Origin: a virus | Lineage: Duplodnaviria > Heunggongvirae > Uroviricota > Caudoviricetes | DNA length: 64,000 bases | Virus record (IMG/VR): IMGVR_UViG_3300032335_000499 | Direction: 5' to 3' (one strand) | Part shown: piece by piece, positions 27,861-37,733 of the stretch | Numbering within the stretch: position 1 is the first letter of the stretch | Layout: each line of letters opens with the position of its first letter | The notes under the pieces: generated by a model | Database searches by the model: none | Told to the model about the DNA's origin: nothing | Seen by the model: only the letters and a program-made list of their open reading frames with translations | Position numbers and translations under genes: made by a program

Positions 27861-29209
27861 AGACTTACAGTAAACGCATTGCATTTATGATTAGTGACCA
27901 GCACTTTATCCCACATGGGGGCATTGGTCAGTTTGCTAAAGGCTTTACTGAAATGTGTCAGCGTATCGGCTGGAAAGTTGATATTGTTCTTGACAAGTCT
28001 CCAACTAATGATTTTAGTGAACTAATCAAGGATTTAGGTGCAAATATCATCTATCCAAATGAGCCTTTGCGCTACACTGACCATACTGCAACCTTTGCGT
28101 TTACTGATACTATCAACTTTGAAAAGATCATTAACTTCCGCAAAGCTATTCTCAAGGGCTTTGAAACTAATCTCTATGACATGATTGTATGCAACACTCA
28201 GGAAGCAATGACTGCTGCATATGCTATGACAGTCAATAAGTATATTCCTGTTGTATTCTATACGCACTTGCATAGTATGATTTTTAGAGAAGCACAGAAC
28301 TTCACTGATGTATTTCTAGATAGCTATCATAACTTCTATAACAAGCACATGGAGTTTTCTGATATCATCATCGGTACGCAGAGTCAAAAGAACATTGATG
28401 AATTGACTAAGTTTGGTGCTACTAACTGTCAACTGTTGCGTATGCCTATGAGTGAGCGCGGCTTGCTAGAACCCTATAACGGTACCAAAAAGGGTGTGTT
28501 GTTTATCGGTCGCTGGGAAGAGGGCAAGAACCCAGAAGCATATATTCGTGCAATGAAGGAGTGTCAACTTCCGGCTCGTGTAATGACAAACAAGAATGGT
28601 GCTAAGAAATTTGAAAAAGCGTTTCAAGAAGCAGGCATTACAGACTATGAGATTAAGGCTGGCATTACTGGTAAAGAAAAAGTAGACTTCGTTTGTGGTT
28701 CTAGCGTGTTCTTTATGCCAAGTTTGCGTGAAAACTATCCATTCGCATTTCTAGAATGCTTAGGGCATATGCCATGCGTTGTTTTAGACAAGCAAGATTG
28801 GTCTGACAATTTTGATAGTAAGTTTTACAATAAGGTAAATATCAATGACGCCGGTGAAACTATTAAGTCATTATATGGTACTAATCAGCATTCAGAAGCG
28901 TTAGAATACGTCAAGCAACTTGACGATGAAGTAGCAGTAGGTTGGATTCAGTTTTTGGATGATTTTGTTGCTAAGCGCAGCAATAACAATTCAGCTAAAA
29001 TCAACACATATGATACCGTAAAGTACAGCGATTATATCAAAGAGCTTAATAGGAATCATTTGGCACGAGAAGATTTTGAGAGCGTGTTGTCTAATAGATA
29101 TAAGTTTCTGCATGTAGTTTATACAGACACAGATACTTGGCTCTCAAAGGATCCTGCGTTTTCTCCTAAGGAAGAACTAGCTGGTTCAAATTTATTTGAG
29201 GGATTTTAA
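27857..29209 (+). CDS. GT-B fold glycosyltransferase (GT4-like)
   Basis: HGGIG, LFIGRWEEGKNP and PSLRENYPFAFLE. Confidence 0.82.
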   Translation: MKTYSKRIAFMISDQHFIPHGGIGQFAKGFTEMCQRIGWKVDIVLDKSPTNDFSELIKDLGANIIYPNEPLRYTDHTATFAFTDTINFEKIINFRKAILKGFETNLYDMIVCNTQEAMTAAYAMTVNKYIPVVFYTHLHSMIFREAQNFTDVFLDSYHNFYNKHMEFSDIIIGTQSQKNIDELTKFGATNCQLLRMPMSERGLLEPYNGTKKGVLFIGRWEEGKNPEAYIRAMKECQLPARVMTNKNGAKKFEKAFQEAGITDYEIKAGITGKEKVDFVCGSSVFFMPSLRENYPFAFLECLGHMPCVVLDKQDWSDNFDSKFYNKVNINDAGETIKSLYGTNQHSEALEYVKQLDDEVAVGWIQFLDDFVAKRSNNNSAKINTYDTVKYSDYIKELNRNHLAREDFESVLSNRYKFLHVVYTDTDTWLSKDPAFSPKEELAGSNLFEGF

Positions 29210-29210
29210 T

Positions 29211-30047
29211 ATGAAGAAGATTTTAATCACAGGTTGTTCGGGCTACATTGGCTCACACCTTACCAAACTGTTAGAGAATGATTATGAGGTTCACGGACTT
29301 GATATTTGTGAACCGCAGCATCCCGTCAAAGAGTTCAATCAGATTGATATTAATAGACTGTTTACTACAGAGGATGAATATGATGCAGTGATTCACCTAG
29401 CCGCACTAGTGAATGTAGGTGAGAGTGAGCGTATTCCCATTCAATACTACATCACTAACCTCAATGGTACTATGAATGTTATCAACAAGATTAAGACCAA
29501 AAACTTTATCTTTGCTAGTACTGGTGCTGCTGAATTGTGCGAGAGTGCATATGGTATCAGTAAGAGAGCAGCAGAGGATGTTGTGCGTGAATATTGTACT
29601 GTTCACAACCCAACACCATACACGATTTTTAGGTTCTACAATGTAATCGGTACCGACGGCTATAAGCCCACTAATCCGGACGGCTTGATGTACAATCTCA
29701 TCAAGGCGATTGACACCGATGAGTTCACTATCTACGGTAAAGACTATGAACAGAGTGAAGATGGCACTGCTATCCGCGACTACGTTCATGTAAACGAAAT
29801 CTGCCACGCACTGAAACTAGCAATTGAGAAACCAGCTAATGGCGTTGAATCACTAGGACATGGTGTTGGTTACACTGTCAGAGAGATTGTGAACAAGTTT
29901 CAAGAAGTTAACAATACGTTCTTTGATATCAAATACGGTCCTCGTAGACCAGGTGATGCTGCTGTTAGCGTGTTAGAAGATGTTTCTAGCTATATGGAAC
30001 ATTTATATAGTATGGATGAACTTTTAAAGGTTGACAACATTGTTTAA
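29211..30047 (+). CDS. NAD-dependent epimerase/dehydratase (GalE-like)
   Basis: ITGCSGYIG, HLAA, YGISK, RFYNV and RDYVHV. Confidence 0.92.
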   Translation: MKKILITGCSGYIGSHLTKLLENDYEVHGLDICEPQHPVKEFNQIDINRLFTTEDEYDAVIHLAALVNVGESERIPIQYYITNLNGTMNVINKIKTKNFIFASTGAAELCESAYGISKRAAEDVVREYCTVHNPTPYTIFRFYNVIGTDGYKPTNPDGLMYNLIKAIDTDEFTIYGKDYEQSEDGTAIRDYVHVNEICHALKLAIEKPANGVESLGHGVGYTVREIVNKFQEVNNTFFDIKYGPRRPGDAAVSVLEDVSSYMEHLYSMDELLKVDNIV

Positions 30048-30059
30048 TTGTGATAGAGT
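30031..30059 (+). promoter_or_regulatory. Sigma70-like promoter
   Basis: TTGACA-17-TAGAGT. Confidence 0.7.
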
Positions 30060-30065
30060 GGTAAG

Positions 30066-30656
30066 ATGAATATATTTTATGTAAATTCCGACCCAGAGGT
30101 CGCCGCCCGTAATATGGTTGATCGGCATGTTGTCAAGATGATTCTTGAGACAGCACAGCTCCTGTCAACTGCCCATCGTGTCATTGACGGTGAAGAGTAT
30201 GTAGGACAGTCACAGTCTGGTCGCAAAGCAAAACGTTGGAGGTTATCAGGTAATGTTGACGCTATTATGTATGCTGCTACTCATATTAATCATCCTTCAG
30301 CAGTTTGGGTTCGTGAAAACTCTGCTAACTACAATTGGTTGTATGATCATCTTTTGGCTCTTGGTCGTGAGTATACCCATCGTTATGGTCGTACTCACCT
30401 TACTATTGATAAGCTAAAAGATATTCTCAAGGATGCCCCTGAGAATATCGAGCAAAGCAATGTAATGACTAAGATGCCATCGTGCATGGACAAGCAATAC
30501 ATTGTAAGCTTAGACCCAATTATCAACTATCGCAACTATTACAATTACGGCAAGACTGACTTGCTTCGCTGGTCTAATCGACCGCCGCCGCAATGGATTG
30601 ACGGCACAGTTATCATGACCGATGGTAAGAAGCAGATATATACTATACAGAGGTAA
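30066..30656 (+). CDS. Pyrimidine-dimer DNA glycosylase/endonuclease V family protein
   Basis: MNIFY..DP..AA...DRHVVKMILETAQLLSTAH and THINHPSAVW. Confidence 0.75.
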   Translation: MNIFYVNSDPEVAARNMVDRHVVKMILETAQLLSTAHRVIDGEEYVGQSQSGRKAKRWRLSGNVDAIMYAATHINHPSAVWVRENSANYNWLYDHLLALGREYTHRYGRTHLTIDKLKDILKDAPENIEQSNVMTKMPSCMDKQYIVSLDPIINYRNYYNYGKTDLLRWSNRPPPQWIDGTVIMTDGKKQIYTIQR

Positions 30657-30659
30657 AAT

Positions 30660-31079
30660 ATGTTTGATAAAATTAAAAAGTGGCTTAATCCTGCCCCAGA
30701 TATTATTCCAGAGCCGGCTGCTCCCGAAGTAAAGAAGGCACCTAAGAAGAAAGAACTAAGTCCTAAAGAAAAGGCAACAGCAGCGGGTGAACCGTATGTT
30801 GATATTCTAAGTGTTGAACTTGATCCTGCCGATATCAACAATGGCTCATTTGAACTTGACTGGAATGATAAGTTTGTTGCAAATCTAATTAAACAAGGTT
30901 ACAAGATTCGCCCCGATGACACTGATGCACAGATTGTTGATCGCTGGTTCCAAACTGTATGCCGCAACATTGCACTTGAAGTGTATGAGCAACAGCAAGC
31001 CGATCCAGATAATCGTGAATCAGATATGCGTGTTATTCAGCAGCGTGATTTAGGTGGCGGATTTACGGAAGTTAGTTAA
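30660..31079 (+). CDS. Hypothetical protein
   Basis: Open frame in operon. Confidence 0.65.
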   Translation: MFDKIKKWLNPAPDIIPEPAAPEVKKAPKKKELSPKEKATAAGEPYVDILSVELDPADINNGSFELDWNDKFVANLIKQGYKIRPDDTDAQIVDRWFQTVCRNIALEVYEQQQADPDNRESDMRVIQQRDLGGGFTEVS

Positions 31080-31084
31080 ACACT

Positions 31085-32134
31085 ATGCCTAAGAATAAGA
31101 ATAAAAAATACCAAATTACTCATTTAGGCAAGACTCTAAACACTGACCATTGGTATGATTTGCCAGAAGATAAGTGCTTACAATTGAAGGATGAGTATTA
31201 TCAAAAGCCAGATTTTGATTTAGTTAAGAAAAATCTAGAATCAGTATATAATGGCGGTACTGTTATAAGCACTATTAATAGCTATTATGTAAAAGACCTT
31301 ATGGCTAAAGTAAAGCTAGAGTCTCCGCGATGGTCTATTGAACAAGTTTTTGAATCTATCGACTTGATACGATACTTTTGGAGTAGGGTGCTTTCTAGCG
31401 ACAAAGTATATCCAAAGACCGATTCTGATATAAAGAACTTTGAAGCTGCCCTGCGACTTAGCGGTGGCGGCGTTGCCATGAAGCCTTCTAATTACCCTAT
31501 CAAATCCGTAGATGAAGTATTATCTAAGTACAACATTAATGACAAATACTATGATTTTTCGTGTGGCTGGGGCGTAAGGTTGCTCTCGGCAATGAGAAAT
31601 CGGGTTGAGTATTATGGCACTGACCCTAATAACCTACTAGTAGACAGACTTAGGCAGATGGCTACGGACTACAACACGGTAAATGGTACATCTGCATCGT
31701 ATGACATTAGGTGTCACGGTTCCGAAACATTCGTTCCAGAATGGGAAAACACTATCGGAGTAGCCTTTAGTAGTCCTCCGTATTTCAATCTTGAAGACTA
31801 TGGTGTTGGTAATCAGTCATACAAGCCCGGAACTTCTTATCAAGAGTGGCTAGATAACTATCTACGACCCACGATAGAAAACATCAAGAAATACTTAGTC
31901 GATGATGGCAAGATGCTCGTTAACATTAAGGATTTCTTAGATTACAAGTTATGCGCTGATACTAGAGCCATTGCAGAAAGCTTAGGGTTCCATTACGTAG
32001 AAACACTTACGTTGAAGAACATAACTAGACCAAGTGCTAAAGTGGACTTGAACACTGATGAAGGCATCATGGTGTTCTCAAAGAATCCTGTACAGCCGGT
32101 AGTAGTCCCTGAAAGTTTATTCACGTTTGGATAA
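31085..32134 (+). CDS. Amino-methylating (N4C/N6A) DNA methyltransferase
   Basis: YYDFSCGWG (motif I) and FSSPPYF (motif IV). Confidence 0.85.
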   Translation: MPKNKNKKYQITHLGKTLNTDHWYDLPEDKCLQLKDEYYQKPDFDLVKKNLESVYNGGTVISTINSYYVKDLMAKVKLESPRWSIEQVFESIDLIRYFWSRVLSSDKVYPKTDSDIKNFEAALRLSGGGVAMKPSNYPIKSVDEVLSKYNINDKYYDFSCGWGVRLLSAMRNRVEYYGTDPNNLLVDRLRQMATDYNTVNGTSASYDIRCHGSETFVPEWENTIGVAFSSPPYFNLEDYGVGNQSYKPGTSYQEWLDNYLRPTIENIKKYLVDDGKMLVNIKDFLDYKLCADTRAIAESLGFHYVETLTLKNITRPSAKVDLNTDEGIMVFSKNPVQPVVVPESLFTFG

Positions 32135-32140
32135 TTTTGG

Positions 32141-32169
32141 TTGACATTCGGGCAAAATAGTAGTATATT
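32141..32169 (+). promoter_or_regulatory. Sigma70-like promoter
   Basis: TTGACA-17-TATATT. Confidence 0.7.
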
Positions 32170-32204
32170 AAGGATACTGATTAATAATACACAGGAATTT
32201 TTAT

Positions 32205-33470
32205 ATGACTAGTAAAGCTATTTTCCCTATCACGTTCAACGTGGTTACTCGTAACCCGCATGATCGCCCTATCAATAACATTTTAGAACGTGAGGAAGGT
32301 GAATACTCACAAATCTCTATTTCTGAGTTAGTTGATAAAGTTGATACTGGGAGTAACATTGAATTTAATTCTGCGTTGACTCGCTATCAAACACTGAGTA
32401 TTATGTTTGATCCTGCTAACTTTCCTACAGCTAAGATGGTACCGTTAGGTCTTCTTGCGAGTGATGAAGACATTCAACGTGAATTGGATGTGCCACATGC
32501 CACCAATATTTACGCCTACTTTGACGAAGAACGTGTTCAAGCTATCCAGGCTGTTAAAACTCCTGGCAAAGAAGAATATACGATGGTTAATGGACAACAT
32601 ACTGCGACTGGTGTGGCACTAATTGTAGCCTCAGGTCGTATGAAAGGATGGAAGGCAAAAGATTGGAAAAAGTTTCCAATGCTTGTTTCATACATTGAGA
32701 CCACTGACCGCAGTAAGGCTCGTGAAACTTTTGCCTTGCTGAACGGTGAAATGTCAAAAGAAATTACAACCTTTGATCACTGGAAGCAGCACTATCTTTC
32801 TGTTCGTCTTGACAAGAGCGGAAATCCTAAGTATTTGCACACTGCAAAATTGATTCAGATTCTAAAGGATAACGGATGTACTCCTCTTCCTGAAGGACAT
32901 GATGATATCGGACAGCCAGGCGCACTCACACATATAAATGCTGTTGAAACTGCTGCTAAAAACGGAAACTACGATAAGCTTAAGTTCATTATGAGCAGCC
33001 GAAATAAGTTTTGGAACAATTTGCCTGTTGATAATACTGAATTCGGTTTCTACGGTAGCTTGTTTGATATTACCGAAGATGAGAACATTCTTCGTAATAC
33101 CGCAGAGTGGAACGCCTTTATGACGGATCTTCACGCTGTTGTTCAAACCGTATTTCGCGGCATGCCTAAGTTGAAGAATAGTGTCACTAAAGCATACAAG
33201 AAGTATCGCTATGATCAATTTCTAGATAAGAACGCAAACGTTCCTTTCAATGTAACATTATATGTTGCATTTAAAATCTACAAGATGCTCGGCGGAACGT
33301 TTGCAATTCCGGTGCTTGAAAATCTCTATGTCAACAAGAGTGTTGATGTTACACATTATCTTGACGCTTCTGAAATTACATACATCAACACTTTGGTTCC
33401 TGCAAAGAAGAAGATTAAGGGTAAAATTGTCGTGATGCCAAAGAAAACTGTTAACAAGAAAGCAGCATAA
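32205..33470 (+). CDS. ParB-related DGQHR-like domain protein
   Basis: DIQRELD...H and MVNGQHT motifs; E...F..LN. Confidence 0.5.
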   Translation: MTSKAIFPITFNVVTRNPHDRPINNILEREEGEYSQISISELVDKVDTGSNIEFNSALTRYQTLSIMFDPANFPTAKMVPLGLLASDEDIQRELDVPHATNIYAYFDEERVQAIQAVKTPGKEEYTMVNGQHTATGVALIVASGRMKGWKAKDWKKFPMLVSYIETTDRSKARETFALLNGEMSKEITTFDHWKQHYLSVRLDKSGNPKYLHTAKLIQILKDNGCTPLPEGHDDIGQPGALTHINAVETAAKNGNYDKLKFIMSSRNKFWNNLPVDNTEFGFYGSLFDITEDENILRNTAEWNAFMTDLHAVVQTVFRGMPKLKNSVTKAYKKYRYDQFLDKNANVPFNVTLYVAFKIYKMLGGTFAIPVLENLYVNKSVDVTHYLDASEITYINTLVPAKKKIKGKIVVMPKKTVNKKAA

Positions 33471-33471
33471 A

Positions 33472-33891
33472 ATGTTGAACAATTTTTTCTACATTATGCA
33501 GCACACTCACAATAATAAAGTAGGTTTCGGCATTACTGGTAATGTCAGTAGCCGAATCTACGATTATATTGCCGGTTCCGCAGAATTACAGTCATTCAAG
33601 TATCTCTATTACGGCCCAAAGCCTGATATCGTAGAACTTGAAAAGAAACTAAAGAACGAGTGGAAACGATATATGTGGTCTATATTTAAGGGTAACAAGT
33701 GGTCACTTGAAATTCTTGATCCAGTACACGGGCTAACTACCGAAGATGTAAAGATTTGGATAGAACAAAACATTAGTGACCTCGGATTACCCATCAAGTT
33801 GGTCAAGGATGAATGGCTCCCTTATCAAGGTGACAAACGGGTTACCCGAAAGTATATCGATTTAAATCCAGATATGTATCTTAAGGCTTGA
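33472..33891 (+). CDS. GIY-YIG/T5orf172-like protein
   Basis: FFYIM...VGFGITGNVSSR...ELEKKLK pattern. Confidence 0.4.
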   Translation: MLNNFFYIMQHTHNNKVGFGITGNVSSRIYDYIAGSAELQSFKYLYYGPKPDIVELEKKLKNEWKRYMWSIFKGNKWSLEILDPVHGLTTEDVKIWIEQNISDLGLPIKLVKDEWLPYQGDKRVTRKYIDLNPDMYLKA

Positions 33892-33916
33892 CAACTGCTA
33901 ATATATAGTGTAATAT
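33888..33916 (+). promoter_or_regulatory. Sigma70-like promoter
   Basis: TTGACA-17-TAATAT with extended TG. Confidence 0.65.
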
Positions 33917-33944
33917 ATGTATATATTAACAGAGAAAGTACCAC

Positions 33945-34946
33945 ATGAAATACGCATTGATTGACACAGCTAATACTTTCTTCCGCGCTCGGCATGTTGC
34001 TAATCGCAATACCGACACATGGGAGAAGATTGGCATGGCTATGCATCTTACTATGTCTAGCGTAAATCAAGTTCAACGCATGTTTGGCGTAGATCATGTG
34101 GTATTCTGTCTTGAGGGGCGTAGTTGGCGCAAAGACTTTTATCAACCATACAAGGCTAATCGTAAGCTTGATGAGAGTGCGATGACCGAGCGTGAAGTAG
34201 AAGAAAACAAGATGTTTTGGGAAACGTATGAAGCGTTTACTACGTTCCTGCGTGAGAAGACTAACACTAGCGTATTGCGTGTCCCCAACGCAGAAGCAGA
34301 CGATATCATTGCTCGGTTCGTTGCATTGCATCCCGATGATGAGCATTTCATCATTTCGTCTGATACTGACTTTGTACAGTTGATTTCAGAGAACGTACAT
34401 CAGTATAATGGTGTTGCTGGTCAGTTGATTAAGCTTGACGGTTACTTCAATGACCGCGGTAAGCCTGTCAAGGATAAGAAGACAGGTGAACACAAGTTGC
34501 TTGAGGACCCAGAGTATCTGTTGTTCAAGAAGATTATTCGCGGTGACGCTACTGACAATGTATTCAGTGCTTATCCCGGTGTGCGTGAGAAGGGCAGTAA
34601 GAATAGCGTAGGCATTCGTGAAGCATTTGACGACCGTGAAAAGCAAGGCTTCAAGTGGAATAACATGATGCTGCAACGCTGGGTAGACCATGATGACGTT
34701 GAACATCGTGTTAGGGATGATTATGAACGTAATCGCACATTGATTGACCTTACAGCACAGCCCGAAGATATTAAGGAAGCAGTAGATAACGTAATCAAGA
34801 ATGATGTTCGGGTCACTGCTACTCCTAGCGTAGGCATTCACTTTATGAAGTTCTGCGGTAAGTATGAACTCACTCGCCTTAGTGAGCAGGGTGAAGCTTA
34901 CGCAAAGTGGCTCAATTCTCCCTATAAGGGTGTACTCAATGGCTAA
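33945..34946 (+). CDS. rnh: T4 RNase H-like 5'-3' exonuclease
   Basis: LIDTAN, YKANR, EADDII, SSDTDFVQL and GDATDNV. Confidence 0.93.
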   Translation: MKYALIDTANTFFRARHVANRNTDTWEKIGMAMHLTMSSVNQVQRMFGVDHVVFCLEGRSWRKDFYQPYKANRKLDESAMTEREVEENKMFWETYEAFTTFLREKTNTSVLRVPNAEADDIIARFVALHPDDEHFIISSDTDFVQLISENVHQYNGVAGQLIKLDGYFNDRGKPVKDKKTGEHKLLEDPEYLLFKKIIRGDATDNVFSAYPGVREKGSKNSVGIREAFDDREKQGFKWNNMMLQRWVDHDDVEHRVRDDYERNRTLIDLTAQPEDIKEAVDNVIKNDVRVTATPSVGIHFMKFCGKYELTRLSEQGEAYAKWLNSPYKGVLNG

Positions 34947-35238
34947 AGAACTTTTTTCGTGCAAAGATTGTAAGCACTCTACTATGTCTATAGTTGACAG
35001 GATTTTCACGTTAAATGGTCTCGTAGCAGTATATGATACTAACTACAAATGCTCCAAATTTCCTGAGGCAAAAACAGTAGTTGATGATATAGTTCTTGGT
35101 CCAATGAAAGTAAAGGCTAAGCTGCCGTATTGTAGCATTGCTCGGCGACACGGGCAATGCGGCCTAGATGGGAAGTATTGGCAACCTAAGCATAAGAAAG
35201 ATTTATTTAAAATGTTAACAAAGGAAACATATGACTGA
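34939..35238 (+). CDS. Cys-rich hypothetical protein
   Basis: CKDCKH...C...C...C pattern. Confidence 0.6.
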   Translation: MAKELFSCKDCKHSTMSIVDRIFTLNGLVAVYDTNYKCSKFPEAKTVVDDIVLGPMKVKAKLPYCSIARRHGQCGLDGKYWQPKHKKDLFKMLTKETYD

Positions 35239-35698
35239 ACTAGTCGCAAAGCCAATCGTCAAGAACCAATTTTGGATCGTCACTGATGGTGAGAAAAAGG
35301 TTGGTAATATTGAAGCTAACAATGCTGGATACGGGGTGCAGTTGAATGGCACCTTCCTTCAGTTCAATAACACCGAAGAACTTAAAAAGCAGACACAGAT
35401 TAAGTTTGCAAACTTAAAACAAACATCTAAAGTTCCGATTCCGTATCCGGAATACCCTACAACAGCTAGAGTATACAATTCTATCTGTGACGTTAAGCGT
35501 GGACTGCATTTATACACTAAGACTAAGAAATCAAAGTGTCTTCATGCTGCAGGGTACTTTGTTATGGACCAAAACGGCACCAAAGTGATTGTTTTTTGTC
35601 CTAAATACATCTTTATCCAACGTTATCCGTATGAAGGTCCCTTCAAAACTGAATCGGAAGCTAAAAGTAAGATAAATATCTATGATGATACACATTAA
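35231..35698 (+). CDS. Hypothetical protein
   Basis: SD AAGGA and overlap coupling. Confidence 0.7.
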   Translation: MTELVAKPIVKNQFWIVTDGEKKVGNIEANNAGYGVQLNGTFLQFNNTEELKKQTQIKFANLKQTSKVPIPYPEYPTTARVYNSICDVKRGLHLYTKTKKSKCLHAAGYFVMDQNGTKVIVFCPKYIFIQRYPYEGPFKTESEAKSKINIYDDTH

Positions 35699-35894
35699 AC
35701 GCTTCATCGATAAAATGTCATTGGTCGAATCCAAACAGTCGAAAGATGTGGTTTTGCCTATATCCGACGCACGTGGCTTACGTGATGAAGTGTCCAAACT
35801 ACTATCAGACTTACACGAGCTATCGAAAACCGATAAAAGTAACGTAAATGACGAAGTTATACAGGTAGAGATTAAAGGCGGCTCGTTTAAATGA
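35682..35894 (+). CDS. Hypothetical protein
   Basis: Follows TAAATA 35673. Confidence 0.6.
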   Translation: MMIHIKRFIDKMSLVESKQSKDVVLPISDARGLRDEVSKLLSDLHELSKTDKSNVNDEVIQVEIKGGSFK

Positions 35895-36202
35895 GTAGAA
35901 CACAACCAAATGTACTAGTAGAGTACGTAGATAAGAAGACCTACAAGTGCGACCAAATTGTCGAGGCTGCTGGTATTTGGGCTGTGTTCTATGACGATCA
36001 ACCAATCAACTTGAAATCTTCGCATTACTTAGCTAATGATGTTGCTCCCAAATACAAGAAAACAAGCTTTTCAAATCCAGGTCATGCTAGAAATCTGTGC
36101 AGAAAATTGAACGCACAATTCAAGACTGATAAGTTTACCGTTGTGTTTATGAACAGCGGTAGAACGGTCTACCCCGATGACTTATCCCAAGACCAAACTT
36201 GA
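35891..36202 (+). CDS. Hypothetical protein
   Basis: Coupled ORF; YKKTSFSNPGHA. Confidence 0.7.
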   Translation: MSRTQPNVLVEYVDKKTYKCDQIVEAAGIWAVFYDDQPINLKSSHYLANDVAPKYKKTSFSNPGHARNLCRKLNAQFKTDKFTVVFMNSGRTVYPDDLSQDQT

Positions 36203-36593
36203 AATAGTAAAACTAATACTAAATGAAGCTAAGGACGATCCAGATTTTCCTTGGAAAGACATTGCACCGGATAAGTTAGTATTTGATTGGTTTGTCACAG
36301 GTAGAGTTGGTTCTGGATTACGACTTACTGATGTTGGCATGACTGCATTTGACAAAGCTAAGATAGCTTATTATGACTTCAACTTTACTCCTCCCAAAGG
36401 TACTACCGGGGGAAGTAGTTGGGGAAAGTATACATTGATGCTTGACAAAAAGGTTAAATGTCCGTACTACATCGGCGTTAAACTTCTTGACAATGGCAAG
36501 AAACAACCGTATATTAAACTATACGACCATAGAATAGCAATGATGATGACACTATACGGAGACTTTCAAAGCTACTTAGATTCGGTTAAATAG
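36177..36593 (+). CDS. Hypothetical protein
   Basis: Coupled ORF; GLRLT..G motif. Confidence 0.65.
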   Translation: MTYPKTKLEIVKLILNEAKDDPDFPWKDIAPDKLVFDWFVTGRVGSGLRLTDVGMTAFDKAKIAYYDFNFTPPKGTTGGSSWGKYTLMLDKKVKCPYYIGVKLLDNGKKQPYIKLYDHRIAMMMTLYGDFQSYLDSVK

Positions 36594-36665
36594 TATTTGT
36601 TTTTGTTCGCACTTGCAGCATAAATAAAACGTAGCAAAGCTACACCACACACAGAGGAAAAAATT

Positions 36666-36914
36666 ATGAAGAATATCGCAATCAGCCTTTTAGCGGCTCT
36701 CACACTATCAACCCCAGCACTTGCTTCTTGGAAGACTGAATTGTTCACCAAGCTTGATGCAGACACTAGCGGGGAAATCACCCTTACTGAATTGACTGGC
36801 GCAGGTTGCCGCACTCAGCCGAAGTTTTTTGCTTATGCCGATGCAGACCGTAGCAATGGCCTTTCAAAGGTAGAATACTTCGCCAACCGTGACCTTCTCG
36901 GTCGTTGCAACTAA
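36666..36914 (+). CDS. Secreted two-EF-hand protein
   Basis: Signal peptide ending PALA; DADTSGEITLTE and DADRSNGLSKVE loops; two Cys. Confidence 0.75.
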   Translation: MKNIAISLLAALTLSTPALASWKTELFTKLDADTSGEITLTELTGAGCRTQPKFFAYADADRSNGLSKVEYFANRDLLGRCN

Positions 36915-36915
36915 A

Positions 36916-37182
36916 ATGCTTAAGATTTTAATTGAAAACACCGCAGAGGCTATCCAAACTTCAAAGAAGATTTTTGTAGATACTTTTGTGAAGCACGAAG
37001 GTCTAGCAAAAAACATGCATGACTTTGTAGATGCTCAACACGAGTATACTAAGAAGGCAATTGATGTTGGTTTTACTACTGCCAGCAATATGCATAAGAC
37101 AGTAACAGATAAGTCGTTTTACACTGAAACTATGAAAAAAATGCAGGATTCTGCACAGTTCATGTTTAAGACACAAAAATAA
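36916..37182 (+). CDS. Helical protein, possibly phasin-like
   Basis: All-alpha amphipathic character only; no diagnostic motif. Confidence 0.35.
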   Translation: MLKILIENTAEAIQTSKKIFVDTFVKHEGLAKNMHDFVDAQHEYTKKAIDVGFTTASNMHKTVTDKSFYTETMKKMQDSAQFMFKTQK

Positions 37183-37194
37183 TGGAGATACGAT

Positions 37195-37461
37195 ATGAGT
37201 GATAGCAAGATTCCAGGACTTCCTGAAATTAAGTTCAATAAGAATGGATATGAAATCCGTTCTGATATTTTAGGCCTAGCTGAAAAGCTAGTCATTGAAG
37301 AATATAAAGCCAAGTTATTTGGTTGGGAAGTATCGCAGTCAAAAGATGACGAAGGTAAGATTGTTACCAAAGTCTCGGCTCCAGAGTTTCCTGGTCTTGA
37401 AAAGGTCCTTGAGACTGCACAAAAGATGTATGATTTTGTAAATCAGAATCCAAAAAAGTAA
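37195..37461 (+). CDS. Hypothetical protein
   Basis: NKNGYEIRSDILGLA...A.KMY.FV. Confidence 0.7.
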   Translation: MSDSKIPGLPEIKFNKNGYEIRSDILGLAEKLVIEEYKAKLFGWEVSQSKDDEGKIVTKVSAPEFPGLEKVLETAQKMYDFVNQNPKK

Positions 37462-37469
37462 AAAAACGG

Positions 37470-37526
37470 TTGACAAAAGGTCTCCTTGGAGCTATAGTGA
37501 TAATATAGCTTCTAAGGAGATTTTTT
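37470..37526 (+). promoter_or_regulatory. Sigma70-like promoter overlapped by a terminator-like hairpin that also covers the next SD
   Basis: TTGACA 37470, TATAGT 37493; arms TCTCCTTGGAGCTATA / TATAGCTTCTAAGGAGA followed by TTTTTT. Confidence 0.75.
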
Positions 37527-37733
37527 ATGGGTAACGAAGATTTTGTCAGCTACGTGCTTAGCTTCTATAACGGCATTGATGGCATCTACAAAGACGTAGA
37601 CGCTACCTCTGCCGAAGTCGTAGCAGCTACCCGCAAGCTTGAAAAGATGTATCGCAGCAACGGCGAAGAGCCTGTTTATGACAGCATCGACCGTGAGCGT
37701 GTTCGTGACTTTATCCTAGAGGGGCGCAAGTAA
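37527..37733 (+). CDS. Hypothetical early protein
   Basis: Strong SD AAGGAGA. Confidence 0.65.
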   Translation: MGNEDFVSYVLSFYNGIDGIYKDVDATSAEVVAATRKLEKMYRSNGEEPVYDSIDRERVRDFILEGRK

